DNA of 64,000 bases from Eledone cirrhosa (taxonomy: Eukaryota), in the NCBI GenBank assembly GCA_964016885.1, contig OZ024742.1, positions 101,370,001-101,434,000 on the forward strand, read 5' to 3'. The notes under the pieces were generated by a model. That model saw nothing but the letters and a program-made list of their open reading frames with translations, did no database searches and was not told where the DNA came from. Position 1 is the stretch's first letter, and every line of letters begins with the position of its first letter. The translations under genes were made by a program, and so were the position numbers. This document shows positions 37,901-49,900 of this stretch, piece after piece.

Positions 37901-40900
37901 AACAAAAGTTATGATGGAAGGTTTTAAAATAAATACAGTTTTGTATTAGAACCAGAAGAGGTGTCAGACAGTTTAGTATAGCTAAAGACACAGAAAGCTG
38001 CTTCAATAATTCATTACAAATGTCTGAAAATCCAATGAAATATGAAAATTCATTAACACATATATATCTTACCTTCACCTAACAAATGTTCAACTACTGC
38101 AAGCAACTGTTCTTGTATATCTAATGTTGGACAGCTTGTATTCAAATCCTTAAATGAAAAATGTGCAAGAAATCAAATTATTCAAAATAGTATCAAATAT
38201 GCAGAAACACACTGAAACCTCAATTTAATAATAATAATTGTTTCTACTTTAGGCACAAGGCCAGCAAATTACCCAGTGCATTACTGGTACTTTATTTTAT
38301 CGACCCCGTAAGGATGAAAGGCAAAGTCAACCTCTAATAATAATAATAATGAAATTATTGTGTACAGTGCTCAGGTGCACTACAACTCGAATATATATGG
38401 TAGGTATAATTTGAGGGAAATCAGGTTGCTATTTTTAGCAGTTTGTGTGATCATGTAGAGGCTACCCTGTTGGTTCATGTATGTGTGTGTTTTGGGTTCA
38501 TTGGAAATAAATAGAAATTTTGAATATATTAAAACTTGCAGTGAAAAGTGTGATAGAATTAAATCAGGGAATATATATATATATATTTTAAAATTGTTTT
38601 TATACCTATTTTTGTCTTGAATCAAATGATTTTTGGATGTTGTGGGTGGCAGACAGAAAGATGAGTAAATACAAGCAACCACCACACTGCCCCATTTTAG
38701 CACTGATTTTTTTGGTCACATATTCCTCGGCTTATATTCAAGTATATACGATAATTGCCTTGAAAAGTGTAATCCTTGATAGGTAATGCCTGAGAGAAAG
38801 ATATGATAGTCATGGCTTGAATGCCACTGATCATGGGTCTACTCAAACTTAACTGATCTACAGCTAAACAATAACACCTGCCTAAAATATATCTGTCAAT
38901 CATGAAAACTCTACTTTAAATTATCAACTGTCATGAGTGAAGGTGTATGGCTTAATAGTTAGAGTGTCGGGCTTATGATAATAAGACCATGTGTTCAATC
39001 CTCAATGGAAAAAGTTTTTTAAAAAAAGCAATTTAACTTACAATATCATATGATTTTTCTATAAATTTATCTCTGTAGATATATGCTCCAATAATGTTCA
39101 GTTGAACTCTGAGAAGTAGAGCTAGCATGCTGCATAAATAGACAGCAGATATGGTTCGAGTGAAACCTGCAAACAGATAAACAAACGTAGTAGCAACGTT
39201 CATGTATTGATAAGTCTCCAATAACAACCTACACTAACATTTGCAAGAGATTTTACATGTGATTGCTTCATCTGCTAGCAATAGCAGTTAAATTTCCTTC
39301 AAACCACATATTACTGACATAAAAGAAGGGAAGAGTACATTAGATGATGTAGTCCTAGATACACTATATAAGAATACAAAATGGAGTGATCATGGTTGGA
39401 ATGCCTTTGATCATATGTCTGCTAAACAACGACAATAACTAGTCCTCTAGCAAAGTGAGATTAGTAAAATATTACATCATCATCATTTTTCCCTGCTAGC
39501 AAGGGTTAGATGGGTCATCAAAGACCAAGTCAGTACTTAGTTGGGGCTACTGACTTCTCATAGCCGCATTTCACTGACATACATTTCCACACATTACAAA
39601 GTGTACTAGATGTATTCTATCTGCACATGTCTAGATACCTTTGCTCTAGCATCTCTACTACCTTTCATTGTGTCAATATTGATAATAGCAACTATAAAAT
39701 TCCGAACCTGGCTGGAAGAAGAATGCATGAGTGTCTTGCTCTCTTTCTGGGCTTGAAAGGTGGACTCATGCACATTAAATTAGTTCATGAATTGTATTGT
39801 ACTATCATTCAGATGCTTGTAATCACCGCCAGCACTAACATCTACCGAAGCTACCACTAATCACTAGGTCTATCATGATATAAGTGAAAGGAATTTTTCT
39901 TTGTGTTAACCATTAAATAACAGAGGTCTGGTTTATTAGAGTGTCAGCAGATATCTACACATATATATGTACATACACAAATATATAACCTCATACAACA
40001 CTCACACACAAGTATGTAAGTACAATTGACATAGAGATGGGAATTAAGTTGGAGAGTGTAATAGAGTTATGTTTATGTTGTGTGCCAGTGTGGTAGAAAA
40101 CGGCTACCTAGCTAGAGACAGTGTTCCAGATATGAAAAAACAGAAGTGAAAAAATATATAAGTTCAAATAAACCTTATGAAGGATATGGAGGCTTAAAGT
40201 CAAGAAACTGATATGTTTAGAGACATACTAGATGAAACCCTCAACAAGTGTTGTAGCCAGAGTGAGAAGCGAGTGGAAGAAGTTCAGGATGATGTTACCC
40301 TAACAACAAAAGGTTTCTCTCTCTCAGAGTGACAGACAGATAGACAGATTATATGATGCTTGTGTTCGAACAGCTATGCTGCATCCCAAAATAGAAGATT
40401 TGCGGCAGCTAAAAAGAAATGAAGCATGCCTGATCCATTGGATATTTAATGTTAGTGTATGTGAACAACGGAACACAAATAAGCTGAGAGAAGTTGAATT
40501 TAAAAGGAATTGGATGTAGCATGCAAGAGACACAACTGTGCTAGTATAGTCATGTGATGCACAAGGATAGCAAGAGCTGTATAAAAACTTGAAGTAAATG
40601 GTATCTGTGGAAGGAGACTAAGGACGACATTGAACAAAGTTGCGAAGAGTGACCTGAAATAATTAAACCTCATGAAGGAAACAACACAAGATCATGCTGA
40701 TTGATGATTTCCCATACTAGAAAAGACATGCTCACCAGTTCAGGCATCATGGTCTAAAAAGTAAGTTAATATGACGAGAGATCAAAGACTACCTGGAATG
40801 GAGACGTCTCTTTAAGCTTACAGTGGATAATCCAACTTCTCTAGTATTGGTGTTACAGTAGACCACATCCAATATTGGTGTTACAATAGACCTCATCCAA

Positions 40901-43900
40901 TATTGGTGTTACAATAGACCTCATCCAATATTGGTGTTACAATAGACCTCATCCAATATTGGTGTTACAATAGACCTCATCCAATATTGGTGTTACAATA
41001 GACCACATCCAATATTGGTGTTACAATAGACCACATCCAATATTGGTGTTACAATAGACCTCATCCAATATTGGTGTTACAATAGACCACATCCAATATT
41101 GGTGTTACAATAGACCTCATCCAATATTGGTGTTACAATAGACCACATCCAATATTGGTGTTACAATAGACCACATCCAATATTGGTGTTACAATAGACC
41201 ACATCCAATATTGGTGTTACAATAGACCTCATCCAATATTGGTGTTACAATAGACCTCATCCAATATTGGTGTTACAATAGACCACATCCAATATTGGTG
41301 TTACACTGGACCACAACCAGTATTGGTGTTACAATAGACCTCATCCAATATTGGTGTTACAATAGACCACATCCAATATTGGTGTTACAATAGACCACAT
41401 CCAATATTGGTGTTACAATAGACCTCATCCAATATTGGTGTTACAATAGACCTCATCCAATATTGGTGTTACAATAGACCTCATCCAATATTGGTGTTAC
41501 AATAGACCTCATCCAATATTGGTGTTACAATAGACCTCATCCAATATTGGTGTTACAATAGACCACATCCAATATTGGTGTTACACTGGACCACAACCAG
41601 TATTGGTGTTACAATAGACCTCATCCAATATTGGTGTTACAATAGACCACATCCAATATTGGTGTTACAATAGACCACATCCAATATTGGTGTTACAATA
41701 GACCTCATCCAATATTGGTGTTACAATAGACCTCATCCAATATTGGTGTTACAATAGACCTCATCCAATATTGGTGTTACAATAGACCACATCCAATATT
41801 GGTGTTACACTGGACCACAACCAGTATTGGTGTTACAATAGACCTCATCCAATATTGGTGTTACAATAGACCACATCCAATATTGGTGTTACAATAGACC
41901 ACATCCAATATTGGTGTTACAATAGACCTCATCCAATATTGGTGTTACACTGGACCACAACCAGTATTGGTGTTACAAATGATTACATCTAGTATTGGTG
42001 TTACACTGGATCACATCCAGTATCCTCTGTAAAATAGTTATAAACATAGACAAGAAAAAGAGTAGTGAGGACCCATTTGCTCTGCTGAAGGCTTGTCAAC
42101 CTCTCCCTCGTGTTAGTGCCACGATAAAATGCACCCAGTACATTCTATAAAGTGGTAGTGTTGGTGTCACAATAAAATGCATCACTTCTTCACTCAACCA
42201 TCATCATCTATATGCACTATACGAGGGCAGTATTCTCTCATGCACACTACATTTGATTCCTCTTATATCCAGACTTTTTCTCTCAGCTCATCCATGCTTT
42301 GTTGTTCACAGATCAATCAGAGCATGCTTGCTTCATTTCCCTCCGGCCTTTGTATCTCTTCTGCATTTATTGCACATGTCTCACTATGTAACATTGCATT
42401 TCACATACAGGCATCATACAGATGGATTTTCTTTTGTAGAGAGAAACCTTTTGTTTGTCATAGAGGTAGTTGCTCTCTGAACATTTACATTCCTGTTCTT
42501 ACCCTAGCTACTATGTTTTCAGCCCCCCAACCCCACTAATTTAATCACTTAGGTAGCAGAAGCTATGGAATCTATCTGGAACTGGAAAAAGTTTATTTTA
42601 CTGACGTTCTTACTAACTTACTATCAACTATCCTTGTGCATCTGCCACATACAAAGTTTACTTAGAGAGATGGTCACATTATGGGACAATTCAGGTCAAG
42701 TGACCATGTCTTGCTCATATGGATCTGTATTTTGGCATGGTTTCTATTGCTGGATGCCCTTCCAATTACATGTTTTTTTTTTAAATGTTACCAGCATGAT
42801 CACCTGACAGGGTGGACTTGGCACTTTTTGCTGTGTCACCAACACGACCACTTTACAGGGTAGACTGGGTGGTTTTTATGTCATGAGCATGACCACCTTA
42901 TTGGGTGGACTGGGAGCTTTTTGTCATGTCACCAGCATGATCACCCTACAAGGTATTTTTTCTCATGTCACCAGAATGACCTCTATACAGGGTGGATTAG
43001 GATCCTCTTGTCATTTTATACAGATGTAACTTTATCTTTACTTCAGTTACTTAGTGCACAACTTAATAAGATTTGAAAAAACCCTTAGGTGAATACTTGG
43101 TATAAACAGTTCAAAAGTGGAATAGATTTGCTATTATCTAAGTATATAGAGTGGAATATAGCTTATAACAAATCAACCCATTTCAGTTTTGAACTGTCTA
43201 AATATTTAGTTTGATATTCTGCAGCTGGATGCCCTTCCTAATGCCAACCACATTAGTGGGTACTGGATGCATTTTTCATGGTACCAGCACTACTACTTTC
43301 CAGAGTGTACTGGGTGCATTTTATCATGACACCAACACTAACTATATTGGTAATTATAGAAAAATAAATTTTAACTGCTAACTTGATGGTTGCTTCTAAC
43401 AGGACCCGCCTGAAGGAGTGTTTGAGGACTCTGCCCCACGACTCTCCCAGGAATAGTTGGATGAAGAGGAAAAAGATAATTTGATGTTTTCTGAAAAAAT
43501 GAAATTAACAGTTCATAAAAATATCTTCATGAAGTATTAGTTTACTTACTTGACAGTTTTAATTCTGTCCATAACTGAAGTGGATTTTCTGGACTGGAAA
43601 TTGGAAAGAAAAGAAACATTTAATAGAATTCTAAACAATTAAACTCAGCCATCATCACTGTTTTATGTCTGCTTTTCCATGCTTGCACAGGTTGGACATA
43701 ATGAGGAATTTTTGTTCTTAGCAAAAGTTTCCTGGCTGGATACCCTTCCTATCACCAATCACTTTACAGCATGGAGTGATGGAGTGGGTGCATTCTTCAT
43801 GCCACAAGCACTAGAGGGGCTGTCTATCAGGACCTTCCTTCACCTGATATCAGTTTTTATTCAGAGTATCTGCCCTCCTAGACAGGTTGCCTTTGCTATG

Positions 43901-46900
43901 GCTTACAGAGACCACACCAACCTTGTGCAATTTTATATATACGGAACAATCGCCTTCTTAGATAGGTTGCATTTGCTACAACTTATGGAGCCCACGTCTA
44001 TATGGGAAATATATTGCAAGAGCATGTCATTTTAAAAATCCAAAACCATATAACTGAAGTAGGGTACATAAAGCATATATCGACCCTCTTTCATAAAAAA
44101 TTAAAGATTCATGCCAAAATTCAATTTGTTATTTGCATTCATTTATATATATATGCATGTTTTAAATGTGTGACATAGTTAATAGTTAGTCCCAATCATT
44201 GTAAAAAAAAAAAGGATTGTATTCATTGTGAAAATCAGATTGACTTAGGAAACATGGAGAAAATTTGAAATGTAGTCATCCCAATGTAAATAACTATAAT
44301 AATAGTTTATCACTATAAATAATATTTGAGAAAATCAGGTGAACTACCCCTGGGGATGGAACAAAGTGGAGAGATACCTGTGAGGAATTGAACCTGCATC
44401 TCTCTCCAATGTTGGATGACTGTATTAATCATTATGCTAAGAGGCCCGTAGTCACTGACTGCCTTCTTTTAGAAGATTTTAAGCCTGTAGCTAGAAGTGT
44501 GAACATCTAATTGACTTATGAAACATTGAAATTTGAAATGTTGTTATTCCAATGAAAATGACTATAACAATAGTCGAGAAAATCATCCACTTTTTATTTT
44601 ATGTCTCCAGGGTTACTTTACCCAATTTTATAAACTATAATTTATAGTGACAACTATTGTTGTACTCATTTATGTTGGCATGGCTACATTTCAAATTGTA
44701 TTTATTATCTTGGACAGAGGACTTAAATGAGATTGCAGCAGCACAAGTTGATATGGTACAAGTATGTGTCAGTAAGTCATACATCACATGGTATATTTTT
44801 CAATTTCTAGTTTCAATGATATTATATTTCCCTATTAGCAGAGTCATTAGAACATTGGATAGAATGCTTTGTACTATTTGATCTGGCCCTCTGCACTTTA
44901 GCAGTTACATTACTTTTTATTCATTATTGTATTTTCATGGTAAATCACATAATTACCTCACATAATATTGAAGCTACAAGATTTTGATGTTATTTATCCT
45001 GAGAACAATACCTTAACATTGGTATGAGTGGCTGATTACGGCTGGTTTAAACAGAAATAGGTAAGAGAATTCTGGCCGAATATGGCCGGTTTAAATGATG
45101 ATATATATATATATAATTACATTTCACATTCAAATGAAGTGAGCTTTCTTCATGCAAAACAAAGACCACTCAGTCATTTCACTTTTTTCTTCATCAGGTA
45201 ACCAAAACTTACAAATTTTGGTTACCTGATGACAAAGAAGCAAAAATACCTGACATTTGATGTAGCACACACACACAAGTGCATGCGCATACACACACAC
45301 AATAAATAAATAATATGTCATTATAACATAAATGTATACCTGGTTTTAAGTTGCCGTGTGAGATTTTCTGTGTCAATAGCTTTTAGGAGACATTCTCTAA
45401 GTTTTGGTAGCATTGATAATGCTAGTGGAGAGAAAAAAAAAACAAACAGATATAATTATAGTTTTGAAATGAGTGTGTATGTGTGTGAGTGTATGTATGT
45501 ATGTGTGTGTGTGTGTGTGTAGGGGTATGTACCTGTAACTCCTTATGGAGTCAGTGAGGCACTTAAAACCTGGCAGAGTTCACCCTCTCTCCCGGTCTGA
45601 ACACAACCAATTTTTTCCAGAGGAGAGAGAGAGAGGGAGGGAGAGTAAGAGTTAGAGAATGGAAGTGAGAAAGAGATGTAGAGGAAGAAAAAACCCATGT
45701 ACTGGACTGGTACATTTTTTATTGACCTCAAAAGGATGAAAGGCAAAGTTGACCTCAATGAGATTTGAATTAAGAAAGGACAGAGGGGCAGATAGAGTAC
45801 CATAAAGTATTCTATTTGATGTTCTCACGACTTTTCAATTCACCACCTATAAATCTCAATATCAACAGCCAGATCTGCCCTTCCCCTTTCCCCATTACTT
45901 AATTTTGCTTTTATCTTTCTTTTTCATATTCATGTAACCATTAATGGTTTTTAAGTCAATTTTGTAAATAAAAATACAATTTTATTAAAAAATTTATTTA
46001 AATGATTCATAAAATAAAGTAAACTGGATTGCTTTAATGAAACTATTCCTCGACTACCGCCAGATAGATTGATAAATGCATACACACACATGCACAAGTC
46101 AGCAAATTCAGATATTTCATTTGAAGAGTTGACCAACAACTTGATCACCTATCAATCTGGCCAACACACAAGCCTGATTTACTTCATTTCCATCAGAAAA
46201 CAAGATAAGCAGGTAGTTGTAAATAATAAATCTTTTTCTGGAGAAAAATGTACCACCTGAGACTAATTAACAATGACAGAAGACTAACATCTAGATTGAC
46301 TTAGAGACATAGGGAAATCTGGAGAAAGATCGTCATTTTTACATCTTTTCCATGCTAGCATGGATTGGATGGGACTTTTTGAGGCAATGTTTTACATCGA
46401 GGTGGCCTTCCTGACCCAAGCCTTTTAGTCACATCTTACGATATACAAAGATACACTGTAGCTATTCTAAACCAAATACACACAATTAATACAGTGGTTT
46501 GCAAATGAGTAGAAACAACATAGGGTAGAGAAGACTCTTAATTTTGCCAAGCACATGATAATCTCTCTAGTTCTGGTGCCATGATAAAATACATCCAGTA
46601 CACTCTGTAAAGTGGGTGATGTTAGGAAGAGCCTCCAGCCATATAAACATGCCAAAATTAGAACATTTTAGCAAGACGTGATCTTCCAAACCATCTCAAA
46701 GGGGAGTAACTCCGAATAGTGACATGGACTGTGATGACATATCCAGCCCATGCCAGCATGAAAAGTGGCGGGATGATGATGATGACGATGATGAATGATT
46801 ATGATTAATGTGAAAATCTAGTTACCCGTGTAGTTGCAAGTCTTTTGGTTGCTAGCAAAGTGATTTTGCTTTCTGTAAGAAGGATGAGAAAATGATACAA

Positions 46901-49900
46901 ACAAAATGAATAAAAGATAAAAAACAAAAGATTTTCAAAAAGAACAAACATGAAAGGTATTAAGAATTACAACTAAATAAAAAGTTGTTTATTAATGATA
47001 CATACATAATGAAGAATTTATGTTGTAATTCTTTATAAGCATTGGCTCTTTCATGTATTCCTAATCAACTATTTCATTATTACAATCACGTTTTCTAAAC
47101 CTGTTTCTATTGCCTCCTAGCCCTTTTATTATCATATTTTTAATGAAAGACACTGCCTATGATTTTGAAAATAACTAGAGATGGTTAGAGTTGATCTCAA
47201 AACATTGCACCTCATAGAGGAGATGATAGAGGAACATTGCAATAGAGGGTGGACCTATCCAGCCCATACAAACATTGAAAGAGAATCAACCGAAAAGATC
47301 CCAAACCTCATTTGCTTACAGAGTGGGGTGGAACTCATCCAATCAGATCAAGGAAACAATGTTTCCATTGGTTTTTCCATTGCTGATACCATCTATCTGT
47401 CGGAACTCCTGGCAGAAAGAGCAATGTGAAATAAATGGTCTTGCTCAAGGACATAAAGCATCGCCTGGTCTGGGAATTGAGCTCACAACCTAATGATTGC
47501 AAATCCAATTCTCTAACCACCAAGCCACACACCTTCACAAACATGGAAAAGCAAACGTAAAATTATGATGATGCTTTACATATCTGTTTGTATTGCTATT
47601 TTTTTCTTTTCAAACTTCCTTCATACATTTCCCCCAAATATGAAATGAGTTTGGCAAATATCCCAGTTTAGGCATTATTATTTTTCTTTACGGGGTCGAT
47701 AAAATAAAGTACCAGTAATGCACTGGGTAATTTGCTGGCCTTGTGCCAAAAAGTAGAAACAATTATTTTTGTTATTGGATTATAAATTTGCTAATGAAGA
47801 ATATTTTGTTGTAAATGGGTGAATATTGCCTGTGGTTATTATGACAACCATGATTGTCACTATCACCACCACCAACAACAACAACACTTAACAACTAGAG
47901 TTTTTTTTTCCCCCATGTTGGTTCAAGTTGAACAGGTTTGATGAGCATATAAATTTCAAATTTTAATTAAGCTTCTTAAAAGATTGGAAGTATTTTTCAG
48001 TTGTGTTAATGATCTGCATTCTGTAAAGTTGTTGATAATAGCAAGGGCATCCATCTGCAGAAAACCTGCCAAACAAAGGTGTCAGGAGGACTCATCAGCT
48101 GAGTCAAAAACATGACAACCTCTCTAGTGCTGATGCCATGATAAACGGGAATGTTTGTAAGCAAGAGGTGAGCACCCAGCCTACCCGAGCACCCAGGAAA
48201 GTGAAAGAACATAAGTAAGCATCATACAGGCTGCCAGCCCATTTGAAAGGTCAGTAGCTCCATTTGAATATTGATTCAGTCTGTGACGACCCCTCTAAAC
48301 TTAGGGAAAACAACATTTAAATGCTGATGATAACACTGATGATCATCTTTCAATTTCACAAATTTACCTTGCATATATTGCATTGGCTTTGGCTTCTTTA
48401 ACCCGAAATTCTGCAACTTTATACTGGATATATTTCAATCCAATAAATACACCTGGAAAAAAAAATAGAAGAATGATTTTTCTCAGAAATATATGAAGAA
48501 TTACTGTATATACTCAAATATAAGCCAAGGAATATGCAATAAAAAAATCAATGGTAGAAGGTGGTTGGCTTATATTCAGGGTAAATATTTTGATGATTTT
48601 CACCTACTTTAAATTCTATGTAAATAACGTTTGGATTTTTGCCCATTTCTCAAACATAAAATATTGGGGTTGGCTTATATTCGAGTATAAACGGTTTATA
48701 CACGTTTTGAGCACAATTAGTGATGAGAAGCATTATTTAATTAGTTGAGACAGTCAAAATAAGATTAGTACATGACAAAATCAATTTTGATAAGATAGTT
48801 TGGATTTATACAGGAATGTGGAACTATAAATGCCATTTTTCTTTGTGCAACAACTGTGAAGAAAAGTTCTTAGCTATAAACAGATAACTACTTAACATTT
48901 TGTCAGCCAGTCACAATTCAGAGATCATATATGCAAGAACCAAATATTGACTCAAGATGTGACTTTATTGTGCTAATCCATACTTTTAACTGTCCACTTT
49001 GCCATTCATGCCATCTCCTGAGGGGCTCTCACACAACTCCTTCGTGGATGGGTTTCCCTTCATAGGCAGTGGAGGGCATAGTCAAACCAATAGAGGAGCC
49101 TTTTGAATAGTTGTTGGAAGGAATTATTTGGTAGTTGCAAAGAATTTTGGTATTTTGGTCAAGTCCAAAATATGGACATGGAGGATTTGGTGATGGTAAA
49201 AGTGGTTAGGTATGTTTTTTTTATTTTGAGACCTATTGTCAAGAATTTTCCAGTAGTCTTCTCAATGTTCATCATTGTCTTCTTTATTGCAATTTTACAA
49301 CATTATTTGTACATATAAACTTTGTTAATTCAAATGTTTATTGTATCTTTACTAGTGGATTGATTGTTGTAAAGATTTGCAGTATTAGACTAAAGACTTC
49401 GGTTTTTAATGTGATGCAATCATAGTAGTTTTTTACTTTTGAAGCAAGTTTTGCTAATGTGGTCTCCTGGAGTATAGGATGTTAAGAATTAATATAAATT
49501 TGAGTTATAAAATCTGCTCTATTTTATTTACTCATAGTGTTGAGTCAAGACTTTATGGTACACGTGATTTGTAATGGACCTCTGTTGGTTTCAACAATGT
49601 CTGTTCCTGTTGTTCAATCAATAGGTGATCCTGCTCATGAAACTATCCGGAAATTACGCTTAATGCAATTCTCAGGGAGATTCAGCATGTGACAAAGCTG
49701 GATCTTTGAATTACACATACAGTGCATTTAATGAGCTTCCAAACAGTTCCATCTCCCCAATTTCACTCATAAGGTATGAGTTGATCCAGTCTATGGTAAA
49801 TCACACTTGCCTCACATGCCAAGCAATCAAACTAAATCCAGGACTTACTGATTGCAATGTGAGATTCTTAACTATTTGGCCATGCTACATGTTATATTAT

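Noticed and set aside
40842-42023. CRISPR-like array of 28-bp palindromic repeats
   Set aside because: Units are head-to-tail with no unique spacers, there are no cas genes, and the context is a eukaryotic intron; it is a minisatellite
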